Positions 1-9,139 of a DNA stretch of 64,000 nt are shown here, piece by piece. A model generated the notes under the pieces. It did no database searches. It had not been told where the DNA came from and worked only from the letters and a program-made list of their open reading frames with translations. How positions within the stretch are numbered: position 1 is the first letter of the stretch; each line of letters begins with the position of its first letter. Position numbers and translations under genes: made by a program. The DNA comes from a virus (lineage: Duplodnaviria; Caudoviricetes), in the IMG/VR virus record IMGVR_UViG_3300021958_008980, positions 12,465 to 76,464 of that record, one strand, 5' to 3'.

Positions 1-1
1 T

Positions 2-310
2 CTGCAGGGCATGGGATTTCATAACAATAGTTTTGTAATAGGACCCTTGTACAGGCCAGAACCACTTAACGTACTCAATTTACCAGCCCATTTGGTCAAA
101 GAGTGCAAAGATAGGTTGCAGGAAGAAATTGATAAGAAGCCTGGTTTTCTTTTACAGAATGGCTTAGAAAACTGCCTAAGTTATTTGACTGATACAGAAT
201 TTAATGCTAATATAGAAGAAACAAAAAAAATATTAAAAAATATGGATTCACGTAGAAACATCGACAGTAAGAAAGTGTTTCCTGAATTATACCAAAAGGC
301 TTTTAAATGA
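2..310 (+). CDS. C-terminal part of a radical SAM protein (5'-truncated by the window edge)
   Basis: The frame is open back to the window edge. The sequence (PEPLNVLNLP...MDSRRNIDSKKVFPELY) resembles the C-termini of the five radical SAM paralogs at 29993-36526 (e.g. DSIRNENTLDVFPEW, DQYRKENFGEVFPLL). Confidence 0.55.
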   Translation: MQGMGFHNNSFVIGPLYRPEPLNVLNLPAHLVKECKDRLQEEIDKKPGFLLQNGLENCLSYLTDTEFNANIEETKKILKNMDSRRNIDSKKVFPELYQKAFK

Positions 311-1473
311 AAATATTTTACATGGGGCTCGAGTCATACCAAGCAAGGTACACATATCAATTAACAGACTGGACGAAACGTGCATACGACAAACGTAAGA
401 TAGATTACGTGATTGTTCCAGGAGACACCATAGACGATTCCGAGGCCATAGTCACAGGACAGGTGCTTGACGCACACGGCAGAAGTTATTTTGGCATGAG
501 CCAGATGATGAACCTGGTCAAAATGCTGAAGGCAGGTGAAATCACAAACAAGGATGCAATATTTTTCGAGGACATGTTCCAACCGGGCATGGAATCATTA
601 CCCTACATTCTACAACAGACACCTGAGAAATACAGGCCAACCATATATTTGAGATGCTTGGCACAGGCCATAGACCCAGATGACTTTGTACACGTTTGGG
701 GCATGAGCAAATGGATGAGTCTATATGAACAGATGTGTAATGAAATTCCAAATGTAATCATACTTGCAAGTAATGAAGAGATGGTGGCACACATGAGGAT
801 AGCCAACTGGAAGGCACCCATATACAACATATCAGGTCTGAGCTTTGGCAAGGAAGAAGTGCAATCGAGAGTTGAACAGAAACCTTTCATGCAGAGAAAA
901 AACAGAGTGGTGTTTGGTGCTAGATGGGATCAAGAGAAGCAACCACAGTTTTTCTTGGACATGATACAAAAATTCAAAGAAAAACATCCTGAAACAGAGT
1001 TTGTGATATGTCAAGGTGGACCATTGAGATCCAACAACGACTACTATGTAAAAGAAGCAAAGTATCTTGAGAAACAAGGATTGCTGACCATACATGAAAA
1101 TTTAAAGAAAAACGAATACTACGAAATACTGGCTGACTCAAGGGTGTTGTTCAATTGTGCATTACAGGACTGGACATCGAACACAGTGAGTGAAGCGGAC
1201 GCATTAGGTTGCAACGTGCTGTTTCCGGCATACAGGTCATTTCCGGAAGTGTTCGCGAATGATCATACAAGAATGTATGTTCCATGGTCGCAGGAAGATG
1301 CAATGAATAAACTAGAATTACTATTAAGCAAACCATCCCCTAGTATGGGTCAAATATCAGATTGGACCAATGGCACAATTGACAGGATGTTGGACATCAT
1401 GACAGGCAAGGGCGAACAATGGAGAAGAGATGGATCCCACTACAGAACACCCGTTTCAGAATACAAATATTAA
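307..1473 (+). CDS. GT-B fold glycosyltransferase (GT4/Glycos_transf_1-like)
   Basis: C-terminal donor-binding half: RVVFGARWDQEKQP and ADSRVLFNCALQDWTSNTVSEADALGCNVLFP. ATGA overlap with the upstream ORF. Confidence 0.8.
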   Translation: MKIFYMGLESYQARYTYQLTDWTKRAYDKRKIDYVIVPGDTIDDSEAIVTGQVLDAHGRSYFGMSQMMNLVKMLKAGEITNKDAIFFEDMFQPGMESLPYILQQTPEKYRPTIYLRCLAQAIDPDDFVHVWGMSKWMSLYEQMCNEIPNVIILASNEEMVAHMRIANWKAPIYNISGLSFGKEEVQSRVEQKPFMQRKNRVVFGARWDQEKQPQFFLDMIQKFKEKHPETEFVICQGGPLRSNNDYYVKEAKYLEKQGLLTIHENLKKNEYYEILADSRVLFNCALQDWTSNTVSEADALGCNVLFPAYRSFPEVFANDHTRMYVPWSQEDAMNKLELLLSKPSPSMGQISDWTNGTIDRMLDIMTGKGEQWRRDGSHYRTPVSEYKY

Positions 1474-2461
1474 AGGTGTAAACAAAGCAGTGCTAGTGAC
1501 CGGTGGTGCAGGTTACGTAGGCTCGCACACTTGCAAATTGTTGGCAAAAAACGGATACCTTCCAGTAACAGTCGACAGACACTTCAGAGAAGGACTTAAA
1601 TCCTATGGACCAAATCACAATTTGCACCTTCCACAGGAAATAGACAGACTGGATGAGATTATAAAAAGATACAACATCACAAGTTGCATACACTTCGCAG
1701 GTAGCACAAGTGTTCCGGAAAGTGTTGCAAATCCTTCGTTGTATTACAAGAACAATTTCATAGTCACACTGTCATTAGTGGACAAACTGATAGAGTGTGG
1801 CGTGAACACTTTCGTGTACAGTTCTAGTGCGGCCACATACGGTGACCCAGGATTTAGAAAATGCAAAGAAACAGATGTACCAAAACCCATCAGTGCTTAT
1901 GGTGGCAGTAAACTCATGATCGAGATGATGTGTAGAGATTACATGACTGCGTACGGATTGAGCAGTGTTGGCCTAAGATATTTCAACGCCGCGGGAGCAG
2001 ACCCAGATGGCGAGATAGGTGAGCTCAGAGAAAAAGAGACCCACATAGTGCCGCTTGCCATAGAGGCGGCGAGGCACGGTAAAACTTTTAAGATATTTGG
2101 AGACAAATATGATACCCCCGACGGTACGTGTGTGAGAGATTACGTGCATGTGATGGACCTGGCAGACGCTCACGTGAAAGCGTTGAATTACGCTTCGGAG
2201 AAATTGAGATCGGAAGTTTTCAATCTTGGTTCAGGTGCCCCGGCATCTAACCGAGAACTGCTAGATACAGTTCAAAAATACACAGGCAAAATGAATATCG
2301 AAGTACACGGAAACAGGCCAGGGGATCCTCCTTACCTAGTTGCAGACACGACAAAAGCAAAAAAAATACTAGGATGGGAGCCCACACAGAGTTCTATTGA
2401 CAACGTGGTGGCAACTGCTGTACAATGGTATAACAAGACACACAAGAAGGAAATACAATAA
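1430..2461 (+). CDS. galE: UDP-glucose 4-epimerase
   Basis: TGGAGYVGS Rossmann motif, SSSAATYG, YGGSK (YxxxK), LRYFNAAGAD and DGTCVRDYVHVMDLA. GGAG lies 5 nt before the ATG at 1430. Confidence 0.92.
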   Translation: MDPTTEHPFQNTNIKGVNKAVLVTGGAGYVGSHTCKLLAKNGYLPVTVDRHFREGLKSYGPNHNLHLPQEIDRLDEIIKRYNITSCIHFAGSTSVPESVANPSLYYKNNFIVTLSLVDKLIECGVNTFVYSSSAATYGDPGFRKCKETDVPKPISAYGGSKLMIEMMCRDYMTAYGLSSVGLRYFNAAGADPDGEIGELREKETHIVPLAIEAARHGKTFKIFGDKYDTPDGTCVRDYVHVMDLADAHVKALNYASEKLRSEVFNLGSGAPASNRELLDTVQKYTGKMNIEVHGNRPGDPPYLVADTTKAKKILGWEPTQSSIDNVVATAVQWYNKTHKKEIQ

Positions 2462-3174
2462 TGAGCGAAGATATTTTGAAAGATAGTTGGATGCCTGAAA
2501 CACCAATCAGTAAAAAGATAAAGGAGAGAATCAAAAAGGCAGGCAAGAGATTCCATTCAAATGACAACATCTCTGAATACATAGAAGATGGTGAGATGGA
2601 TCTGTTACAAGCAGAGGTACAAGAAAAACTACAAGGTGTGTTAGACAGCCTTGTGATTGACACGGAAAATGATCATAACACGAACGAGACTGCGAAACGT
2701 GTGGCCAAGATGTACATCAGGGAAACGTTTGGTGGCAGGTTCAAGCCAGCACCAAGGGTTACGAGTTTCCCTAACATGGGTTACAAGAGCATGTACACCA
2801 GTGGTCCAATATCGATCAGATCAACGTGTGCCCATCACTTCCAGAACATCGTGGGAAAAGCATGGGTAGGCATCATCCCTAATGGTGAAGTGATTGGATT
2901 GAGCAAGTTCAACAGGATCGTGCATCACATCGTGGAGAGACCACAGATACAGGAAGAAATGACAACACAGATCGCAGATGAATTGAAGAAATATGCTAAG
3001 ACAGAGAATCTTGCAGTGGTAGTCAAAGCAGAACATCACTGCATGACACACAGAGGTGTGAGAGAACACGAATCAGATATGACCACAGCGATAATGCTAG
3101 GTGCGTTCAAAGATGACCCAGCAACCAGAGACGAGTTTTATAAAATCTGTATGAGCATGAAGGGTCATGGCTAA
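2461..3174 (+). CDS. folE: GTP cyclohydrolase I
   Basis: ETAKRVAKMY, IRSTCAHHF, GLSKFNRIV, PQIQEEMT and AEHHCMTHRGV motifs, including the Zn ligands. Confidence 0.95.
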   Translation: MSEDILKDSWMPETPISKKIKERIKKAGKRFHSNDNISEYIEDGEMDLLQAEVQEKLQGVLDSLVIDTENDHNTNETAKRVAKMYIRETFGGRFKPAPRVTSFPNMGYKSMYTSGPISIRSTCAHHFQNIVGKAWVGIIPNGEVIGLSKFNRIVHHIVERPQIQEEMTTQIADELKKYAKTENLAVVVKAEHHCMTHRGVREHESDMTTAIMLGAFKDDPATRDEFYKICMSMKGHG

Positions 3175-3472
3175 AAAAACAAAAAAACAATTAAAGATCG
3201 AGCAGGCTAACATGCAATCGGACAACATGGAAATGGCAGGTTGGAGTGAGGGTTTGAATACCGGTGGAGTTGTGACAACTGCCACTGTGAACATGGACAT
3301 GGATCCAGACTTCTCGTACAGTTACGGAGAACTAGGTGACATGGGACAGTTGGACCTTTTTGATGAAATGGAATTGAGGGACAAGTATCCTGCACTGAAC
3401 CAAGCATGGGAACACTATCGGAGTGTGCTAGAAGTATGTAAAACAAAAGAAAAGGAAGAAAATGAGGATTAA
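3167..3472 (+). CDS. hypothetical protein
   Basis: 101-aa ORF overlapping both neighbours; no recognised motif. Confidence 0.7.
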   Translation: MAKKTKKQLKIEQANMQSDNMEMAGWSEGLNTGGVVTTATVNMDMDPDFSYSYGELGDMGQLDLFDEMELRDKYPALNQAWEHYRSVLEVCKTKEKEENED

Positions 3473-4511
3473 CACAGAACCAAAACTTAATTTTGAGGAC
3501 GTATTGCTACAGCCAAAACGTTCGACACTGTCCAGCAGGAGAGATGTGGACATGACTCGTAAGTTCACGTTCCGTAATTCAGGTAAGGTAATGGATTTCC
3601 TTCCCATATTCGCAAGTAACATGGATGGTGTTGGCACATTCTCCATGGCAAAAGAAATGCAGAAGCACAAGATGATGACTGTGATAACAAAGACCACAAC
3701 ACCAGAACAGTGGAAAGAGGCCGCAGGCACAGGATTGAGAATGCAATCTGTATCAGTGTGTACAGGAACCAATGTGATGTGGGATCCAGAAGCACCTGAT
3801 TGGGCGACCATGAATAAAGTTTTAGAAATGTTTCCAGATGTAAAGATGATAACTGTTGATGTAGCAAACGCATATCATCAGAACATGGTAGATTTCATAA
3901 AAAAAGTTAGAGATGAATACCCAGACAAGGTCATCATAGCAGGTAATGTTGTCACACCTGAAATGACGGAAGAATTAATCATTAATGGTGCTGACGTGGT
4001 CAAGATAGGCATAGGACCAGGATCAGTTTGTACAACAAGGACAATGACCGGTGTAGGAGTACCTCAATTTAGTGCAATAGTTGATTGTTCAGATGCCGCG
4101 AACGGTGTCGGTGGACACATAATGGCGGACGGTGGTTGCGTGTACCCAGGTGATATAGCAAAAGCATTCGGTGGCGGAGCACACATGGTCATGATAGGTG
4201 GCATGTTGGCAGGGCATGATGAATCAGAACAGCCGGTAGTGGATGGCAAGGTAGAATTTTATGGAATGAGCTCAGATAGGGCTCGTGAGAAACATGGTAA
4301 ACGTAAAGACGGATACAGGGGCAACGAGGGAAGACTGATATCATTGCCACACAGAGGACCTGTTGAACCAACATTAGAAGACATACTGGGTGGAGTGAGG
4401 AGTGCCTGCACATACATAGGTGCGAGAAGACTCAAAGACATGGCCAAGTGTGCCAGTTTCGTTACGACCAACAACGTGATCAACAGGGTATATGAGCGAT
4501 ACACCAAATAA
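3462..4511 (+). CDS. guaC: GMP reductase
   Basis: N-terminus KLNFEDVLLQPKRSTLSSR, ASNMDGVGTFSMA, VDVANAY, catalytic GIGPGSVCTTR, ADGGC and FYGMSS. All match enterobacterial-type GuaC. Confidence 0.93.
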   Translation: MRINTEPKLNFEDVLLQPKRSTLSSRRDVDMTRKFTFRNSGKVMDFLPIFASNMDGVGTFSMAKEMQKHKMMTVITKTTTPEQWKEAAGTGLRMQSVSVCTGTNVMWDPEAPDWATMNKVLEMFPDVKMITVDVANAYHQNMVDFIKKVRDEYPDKVIIAGNVVTPEMTEELIINGADVVKIGIGPGSVCTTRTMTGVGVPQFSAIVDCSDAANGVGGHIMADGGCVYPGDIAKAFGGGAHMVMIGGMLAGHDESEQPVVDGKVEFYGMSSDRAREKHGKRKDGYRGNEGRLISLPHRGPVEPTLEDILGGVRSACTYIGARRLKDMAKCASFVTTNNVINRVYERYTK

Positions 4512-4824
4512 CATAGAACCAATCAAAGAGAAACTGGACGACAAGATCCGGAAACTGAACTCATCAAGGGTGATCAAGAAAGTTACACCCAAGGGGGACC
4601 TCTCTTGGTACGTGAAATGGGTCTCTGTGTTCTTTATATTAGTGGCCACGGCGGCCAGAGGTGTTGGCACCATACCACACATAGACATGTGGTTTGGACT
4701 AGTAGGCACAGTGGGTTGGGCATGGGTTGGATACCTTTGGCACGACAGGGCACTGCTGTTCCTTAACGCAATACTTGTGACATTGTTAATAATGGGTTTA
4801 ATGAATTACTATTTTGGAATATGA
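4492..4824 (+). CDS. small integral membrane protein (about 3 TM helices; DUF6552-like)
   Basis: Hydrophobic segments (WYVKWVSVFFILVATAA; GTVGWAWVGYLWHDRALLFLN). The family name is from recollection only. Confidence 0.55.
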   Translation: MSDTPNNIEPIKEKLDDKIRKLNSSRVIKKVTPKGDLSWYVKWVSVFFILVATAARGVGTIPHIDMWFGLVGTVGWAWVGYLWHDRALLFLNAILVTLLIMGLMNYYFGI

Positions 4825-5285
4825 GCGAAGAAGTTAAAAAGAATTATTTCACTACAGGACAGATGCGTAACGCACTGATCCAGATAGAGGACAAGATGGT
4901 TCACTCAAACTGGATGCCATCGGTCATACTTGGAATCAATCGGGGTGGATGCATACCTGGAGTGTACCTTTCCCACAGGTTGAAGACTGCACACGAGGTG
5001 CTGGACATCAGATTGAGGGATCACACCGTCAAGCCTGACCTACGCACATTAGAAAAAGCATTCGCATTCCAAAAGAAGATATTGATCATAGACGACATAA
5101 ACGATTCCGGAGCCACGTTCCAGTACATACTTGACAACTTCGGCAAAAGAGAAGATCGTATTAGATTTGCCGCACTCATAAACAACAAGCCTAGTAAGGT
5201 CAAAGTAGATTACCACGGGTATGAGATCAACAAAGACGAAGCACCCGCTTGGATAGTCTTCCCGTGGGAACAATGGGACAAGTAA
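4821..5285 (+). CDS. purine phosphoribosyltransferase (xanthine-guanine PRT/Gpt-like)
   Basis: ILGINRGGCIPG, the PRPP-binding loop ILIIDDINDSGAT, and C-terminal WIVFPWE. Confidence 0.88.
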   Translation: MSEEVKKNYFTTGQMRNALIQIEDKMVHSNWMPSVILGINRGGCIPGVYLSHRLKTAHEVLDIRLRDHTVKPDLRTLEKAFAFQKKILIIDDINDSGATFQYILDNFGKREDRIRFAALINNKPSKVKVDYHGYEINKDEAPAWIVFPWEQWDK

Positions 5286-5809
5286 TTACATCAATAGCAC
5301 CAAACTTCTATAGGATCACTGATGTGTTTTCTGACAGTGTGTTAGATCAATTAAAAGCACAATTCAAAGACAGAACCAGTTGGGAGAAGCAACCAAACAT
5401 CAAAGGCACAAGACTTGCATCTGTCCCAAGCCTGGATTTACAAAAATCGCTAAAGTACGAACATCTTCTGCCGGTTAAAAAGTTTGTTGAATCTGTTTTA
5501 AGTCAACAAGTTTATTGGAATGGTCCTGTTATATGGCACGATCCAATCGGATATGTTAATCAATGCCACATGGATCAGTCGGAAAACTTGACCGTAAACC
5601 TTCAGGTTTATCTATCTGACGGTGCTGACAAGCAAGGCACACATTTCAAATACAACGACACCTGGTACTCTGTCCCGTATGAATGTAATACTGGATACAT
5701 AATGTTCTACCCAACCAAGCACGAACACGGAATGAAACATGAATCACTCGCAGTAAGGCAGTCATTGTACCAATCCTTTCGACTCACAGAAGCGGAAAAG
5801 GCTTGGTAG
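5273..5809 (+). CDS. 2OG-Fe(II) oxygenase-like protein
   Basis: HxD (CHMD), VNLQVYL, a distal His (KHEHG) and Arg (VRQSLY) fit the DSBH pattern. I chose the ATG at 5273 over the TTG at 5249. Confidence 0.65.
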   Translation: MGQVITSIAPNFYRITDVFSDSVLDQLKAQFKDRTSWEKQPNIKGTRLASVPSLDLQKSLKYEHLLPVKKFVESVLSQQVYWNGPVIWHDPIGYVNQCHMDQSENLTVNLQVYLSDGADKQGTHFKYNDTWYSVPYECNTGYIMFYPTKHEHGMKHESLAVRQSLYQSFRLTEAEKAW

Positions 5810-5827
5810 TGTGTATCAAAAGTTGTA

Positions 5828-5856
5828 TTGACCTTATTCCACAAAACTGCTAAAAT
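5828..5856 (+). promoter_or_regulatory. sigma70-type promoter for yhhQ
   Basis: TTGACC-N17-TAAAAT with an extended -10 TGn; AGGAG SD before the ATG at 5890. Confidence 0.8.
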
Positions 5857-5889
5857 TACGTACATTTAAATTAACCTATAGGAGATTAA

Positions 5890-6498
5890 ATGTTTAAAAA
5901 CGTAGACAAATCAATGCTGATGAAATTGGTGTTACTACATGTTGTGGTGATCACTGTTTCAAATGCGTTAGTGGCGATCCCAGTAGAGATACTTGGAGTC
6001 AAACTGACGTGGGCGGCATTCACATTCCCATTGGTCGTTATAGCCACTGACTTGACTGTAAGACTATTGGGCAAACACATAGCCAGAGCCACAATCGCGG
6101 CGGCGTATCCATTAGCAATAATCGGATCCATCGCAGTAGTGTTGGCGGAAGGCGCACCACAATCGGTTGCTTTAAGGATTGGCTTCGCAAGTGCCACTGC
6201 TTACGCTATCGGTACTTTACTTGACGTGTACGTATTCCAATACATAAGGGAATCAAAGACATACGGCAAGAACTGGTGGATGGCACCAGCGGTATCTACT
6301 ATCGCGGCCAACATAATTGACACTTACACATTCTTTGCAGTTGCATTCAACAACAGCGCCGACGAGTACATGGCGGCGAACTGGGTTGAGATCGCGGGAT
6401 CGCAGGTGGTGTTGAAAATCATAGTGGGACTGGTTGTGTTCTTACCAGCATACGGATTATTGCTGAACAGACTACAGAAGACCTACAAACTCAAATAA
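5890..6498 (+). CDS. yhhQ: queuosine-precursor (preQ0/preQ1) transporter, VUT/YhhQ family
   Basis: SNALV, TWAAFTFPLVVIATDLTVRLLG, LLDVYVFQ and IDTYTFFAVAF match YhhQ; multi-TM. Confidence 0.9.
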   Translation: MFKNVDKSMLMKLVLLHVVVITVSNALVAIPVEILGVKLTWAAFTFPLVVIATDLTVRLLGKHIARATIAAAYPLAIIGSIAVVLAEGAPQSVALRIGFASATAYAIGTLLDVYVFQYIRESKTYGKNWWMAPAVSTIAANIIDTYTFFAVAFNNSADEYMAANWVEIAGSQVVLKIIVGLVVFLPAYGLLLNRLQKTYKLK

Positions 6499-6504
6499 TC
6501 TCTA

Positions 6505-6530
6505 GGGGGGAGTTTTTTCTCCCCCCATTT
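6505..6530 (+). terminator. Rho-independent terminator after yhhQ
   Basis: GGGGGGAG-TTTTTT-CTCCCCCC forms an 8-bp stem followed by ATTT. Confidence 0.75.
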
Positions 6531-6538
6531 ATAAGTCC

Positions 6539-6545
6539 TTAAATA
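6539..6545 (+). promoter_or_regulatory. putative late-type promoter (TAAATA)
   Basis: TTAAATA lies just after the terminator, 4 nt before the GTG start at 6550. Confidence 0.4.
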
Positions 6546-6549
6546 CTTT

Positions 6550-7278
6550 GTGATAAACAATCCACAAATACTTGTAGTGTATGAACCTGGCATGTATGGC
6601 ACTTTCCTGTGCAGTCTTTTCATGATGCAAAAACTATGGGGTGGTGCAGACTTGGACCAAGAATTCCCACCCTCCCCTATGTCAAGCGTAAATGCACACC
6701 ATTCAGGATACAGAGACAAACTATCAAATTTCCATACTAATCATCACATCGAAATACTATTAGAGAAAAATCATGACGAATTAAAAAAATTTTTCCTACC
6801 TTTGCAGGCAATCAAATTAGGAGTACACAGACTTGCGAGTTACAATTTTTTAAAATTAGATTATAAGAAATACTTCAATAACTTCACCATTCTATTGATC
6901 AAACCCAAGACACATAGGTTAGGTGCGTACATCCAAAGAATGGAAGAATCTACAACCAACGACTACGAAACACAATGGTGGTACAAGAATTTTAGGAAAA
7001 AAGACCTTGGAAAAATGCCAAAGTGGTTTTTGGAAAAATTAAGCATGAAAGAAAAACAGAAGTACATGGAAAAACATGTCAATATGGTTAATAATTATCT
7101 GGATAATGATCAGCAAAACATCATTGTCTTTGATCCTGACCAAATCGCTGGCCCAAACTTGTTACAGGAGATGGCCGATAAAGTTTGTGGATCTCTCGGA
7201 ATAGATAATTTTAAAATACCTTCTGACAAGGTAAAAAAGTTTGTTGACAGGAATAGCAAATACTTTTCAACCGATTGA
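6550..7278 (+). CDS. hypothetical protein (possible P-loop/sulfotransferase-like fold)
   Basis: 242-aa AT-rich ORF. N-terminal ILVVYEPGMYGTFL resembles a strand plus P-loop; the fold call is weak. Confidence 0.55.
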   Translation: MINNPQILVVYEPGMYGTFLCSLFMMQKLWGGADLDQEFPPSPMSSVNAHHSGYRDKLSNFHTNHHIEILLEKNHDELKKFFLPLQAIKLGVHRLASYNFLKLDYKKYFNNFTILLIKPKTHRLGAYIQRMEESTTNDYETQWWYKNFRKKDLGKMPKWFLEKLSMKEKQKYMEKHVNMVNNYLDNDQQNIIVFDPDQIAGPNLLQEMADKVCGSLGIDNFKIPSDKVKKFVDRNSKYFSTD

Positions 7279-7304
7279 CATTTCATCTAAATACCGTATA
7301 TAAT
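7275..7304 (+). promoter_or_regulatory. sigma70 promoter with embedded late-type motif
   Basis: TTGACA-N18-TATAAT with both hexamers perfect. CTAAATA sits inside the spacer (7287-7293), and AAGGA precedes the ATG at 7326. Confidence 0.75.
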
Positions 7305-7325
7305 AAATGATAAGGAATTTACACA

Positions 7326-7721
7326 ATGGGAAACAAAACAGGTAAAATTTGGGGGGAAACAGAACTTATTCTAGCAAACAATTCGTTGGAATTTCACAGG
7401 ATAGATTACAAGGCAGGCGGTGTCTGCTCCAAACACAAACACGAATACAAGTGGAACGGTTTCTATGTGATGTCTGGAAGAATGAAAATCAAGGTATGGC
7501 AAAAAGACTACGATCTGATTGATGAAACTATACTTAATCCAGGCGAATTCACAGCAGTCAAGCCTGGCCTATACCACACGTTCGAAGGTTTAGAGGACGG
7601 TGTTGCATTCGAACTGTATTGGGCAAATTTCTCACACAACGACATACAGAGAGAATCTGTTGGGCATCTCAAGGATACCGACGGTAAAGTTGTAAGATTA
7701 GACAAGACCAAGAAAAAATAG
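7326..7721 (+). CDS. cupin-domain protein
   Basis: Cupin motif 1 (KHKHEYKWNGFYVMSG) and motif 2 (PGEFTAVKPGLYHTF). Confidence 0.8.
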   Translation: MGNKTGKIWGETELILANNSLEFHRIDYKAGGVCSKHKHEYKWNGFYVMSGRMKIKVWQKDYDLIDETILNPGEFTAVKPGLYHTFEGLEDGVAFELYWANFSHNDIQRESVGHLKDTDGKVVRLDKTKKK

Positions 7722-7722
7722 T

Positions 7723-8718
7723 ATGATCCCTATCAAAGGATACGCTACTTTTGATCCACTTAAACACTGCTGGATTGGATCTGCATTCCAAACAGAATGG
7801 TTCCGAGATCTCGACATCTACAAGAACAACAAGATAATGGATCCGTTGAAACGTATAGCAGACGAAACAGAAGAGGATTATCAGACACTTGAAAAAATAC
7901 TTAAGGACGCTGGTGTGCAAACATATAGAAGTTTCCTTGACATCAACAATGTAAAATCTTTAAAAAATATTTTCAGGCCGCCTGTAAATCCAAGAGATCA
8001 TTTTGCAGTTGTCGGGGAAAAATTATATGCTGTATCACATGGCGCTGAAGGCTATGCAGATGTGTTGAAACAGATAGACAGGAAAAACATAGACATCGTT
8101 ACCACCGAAGGTGTAATATCGACAGCAACCATATGCCGGGTCGGCAAGGACCTATGGTGGGACATACATCCTGATACTACACAAGATATCATAGACAAAT
8201 ATGTAAACCTATGGACCAACGAAGGTTTTAGGGTTCACACATCTCGAAAAGGATATCATATAGATAGTCTTTTCTGTGTTGTCAAGCCGGGCTGTATTGT
8301 GTCATTGAAGGAAACACAAGATTACAAGACCGAATTCCCAGGGTGGGACGTTTTATACCTGCCTGATCAGAGTTGGGCTAAGGTTAGTCCTTTTTTTACA
8401 ATGAAAGAAAAGGTGGGAGGGCGTTGGTGGCTCAAAGGAGAGGAGCACAACGATCAATTGATCGAATTCGTAAACACATGGTTGAATGACTGGGTCGGTT
8501 ACGTGGAGGAGACTGTGTTTGATGTAAACATGCTGTCCATAGACAAGGACACCATAATCTGTAACAACTACAACAAGGATGTGTTTGACCATTTCAAGAA
8601 GCACAGAGTCGAACCAATCATATTCAACTTCCGACACAGGTACTTCTGGGATGGCGGCATACACTGCATCACACAGGACCTTTACAGAGAAGGCACACAG
8701 GAGGATTACTTTGGCTGA
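7723..8718 (+). CDS. amidinotransferase (pentein superfamily, glycine amidinotransferase-like)
   Basis: NPRD, YHIDSLF and WDGGIHCITQD correspond to the Asp/His/Cys catalytic motifs of L-Arg amidinotransferases. Confidence 0.82.
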   Translation: MIPIKGYATFDPLKHCWIGSAFQTEWFRDLDIYKNNKIMDPLKRIADETEEDYQTLEKILKDAGVQTYRSFLDINNVKSLKNIFRPPVNPRDHFAVVGEKLYAVSHGAEGYADVLKQIDRKNIDIVTTEGVISTATICRVGKDLWWDIHPDTTQDIIDKYVNLWTNEGFRVHTSRKGYHIDSLFCVVKPGCIVSLKETQDYKTEFPGWDVLYLPDQSWAKVSPFFTMKEKVGGRWWLKGEEHNDQLIEFVNTWLNDWVGYVEETVFDVNMLSIDKDTIICNNYNKDVFDHFKKHRVEPIIFNFRHRYFWDGGIHCITQDLYREGTQEDYFG

Positions 8719-9139
8719 CATATATCACATTTGGGCAAACAAGAAACAAGGCATAAGTGATAATGATTTTGCTAATGGAATGAGACGATTCCTTAGACAA
8801 CTCCAAGACGAAGGAAAGATGATTTCATTTAGGATCACAAGGTGTAAATTAGGTTTCCGTTCCATACAGGATTTGCCCGAATGGCACATAATGATGGAGT
8901 TTCACAACATGGCGCAACTTGAGGAGGCATTTTCTAGAGTGGTTCCACAACAAGGAGAGTTGGAAGAGAAACACACTTCTTTCAACAAGTATGTTGAAAA
9001 CGACATACAACACGCACTTTACCGAGACTGGCCTGATACAGTGAACAAGTCAAAGTTGACAAAAACAAAAGAGTCATATACAATTAAGGAGTTAGCGGAG
9101 GCAACTAAAAACATAGATCCAACAATATGGAAAAAATAA
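8711..9139 (+). CDS. hypothetical protein (DUF6614-like)
   Basis: Likely TTG start at 8711 with GAGGA 5 nt upstream; the ORF-track extension to 8579 overlaps the previous gene. Pattern YHIW...FRITRCKLGF...EWHIMMEF...ALYRDWPD. The family name is from recollection only. Confidence 0.6.
   Translation: MADIYHIWANKKQGISDNDFANGMRRFLRQLQDEGKMISFRITRCKLGFRSIQDLPEWHIMMEFHNMAQLEEAFSRVVPQQGELEEKHTSFNKYVENDIQHALYRDWPDTVNKSKLTKTKESYTIKELAEATKNIDPTIWKK

Noticed and set aside
5857-5889. Possible preQ1 riboswitch upstream of yhhQ
   Set aside because: The leader is only about 27 nt and shows no preQ1-I stem-loop or A-rich tail.
8579-8710. ORF-track N-terminal extensions (also 22725, 26417, 28053, 28469, 32583, 37442)
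   Set aside because: They overlap upstream genes extensively. Downstream starts with an SD or stop/start coupling fit better.
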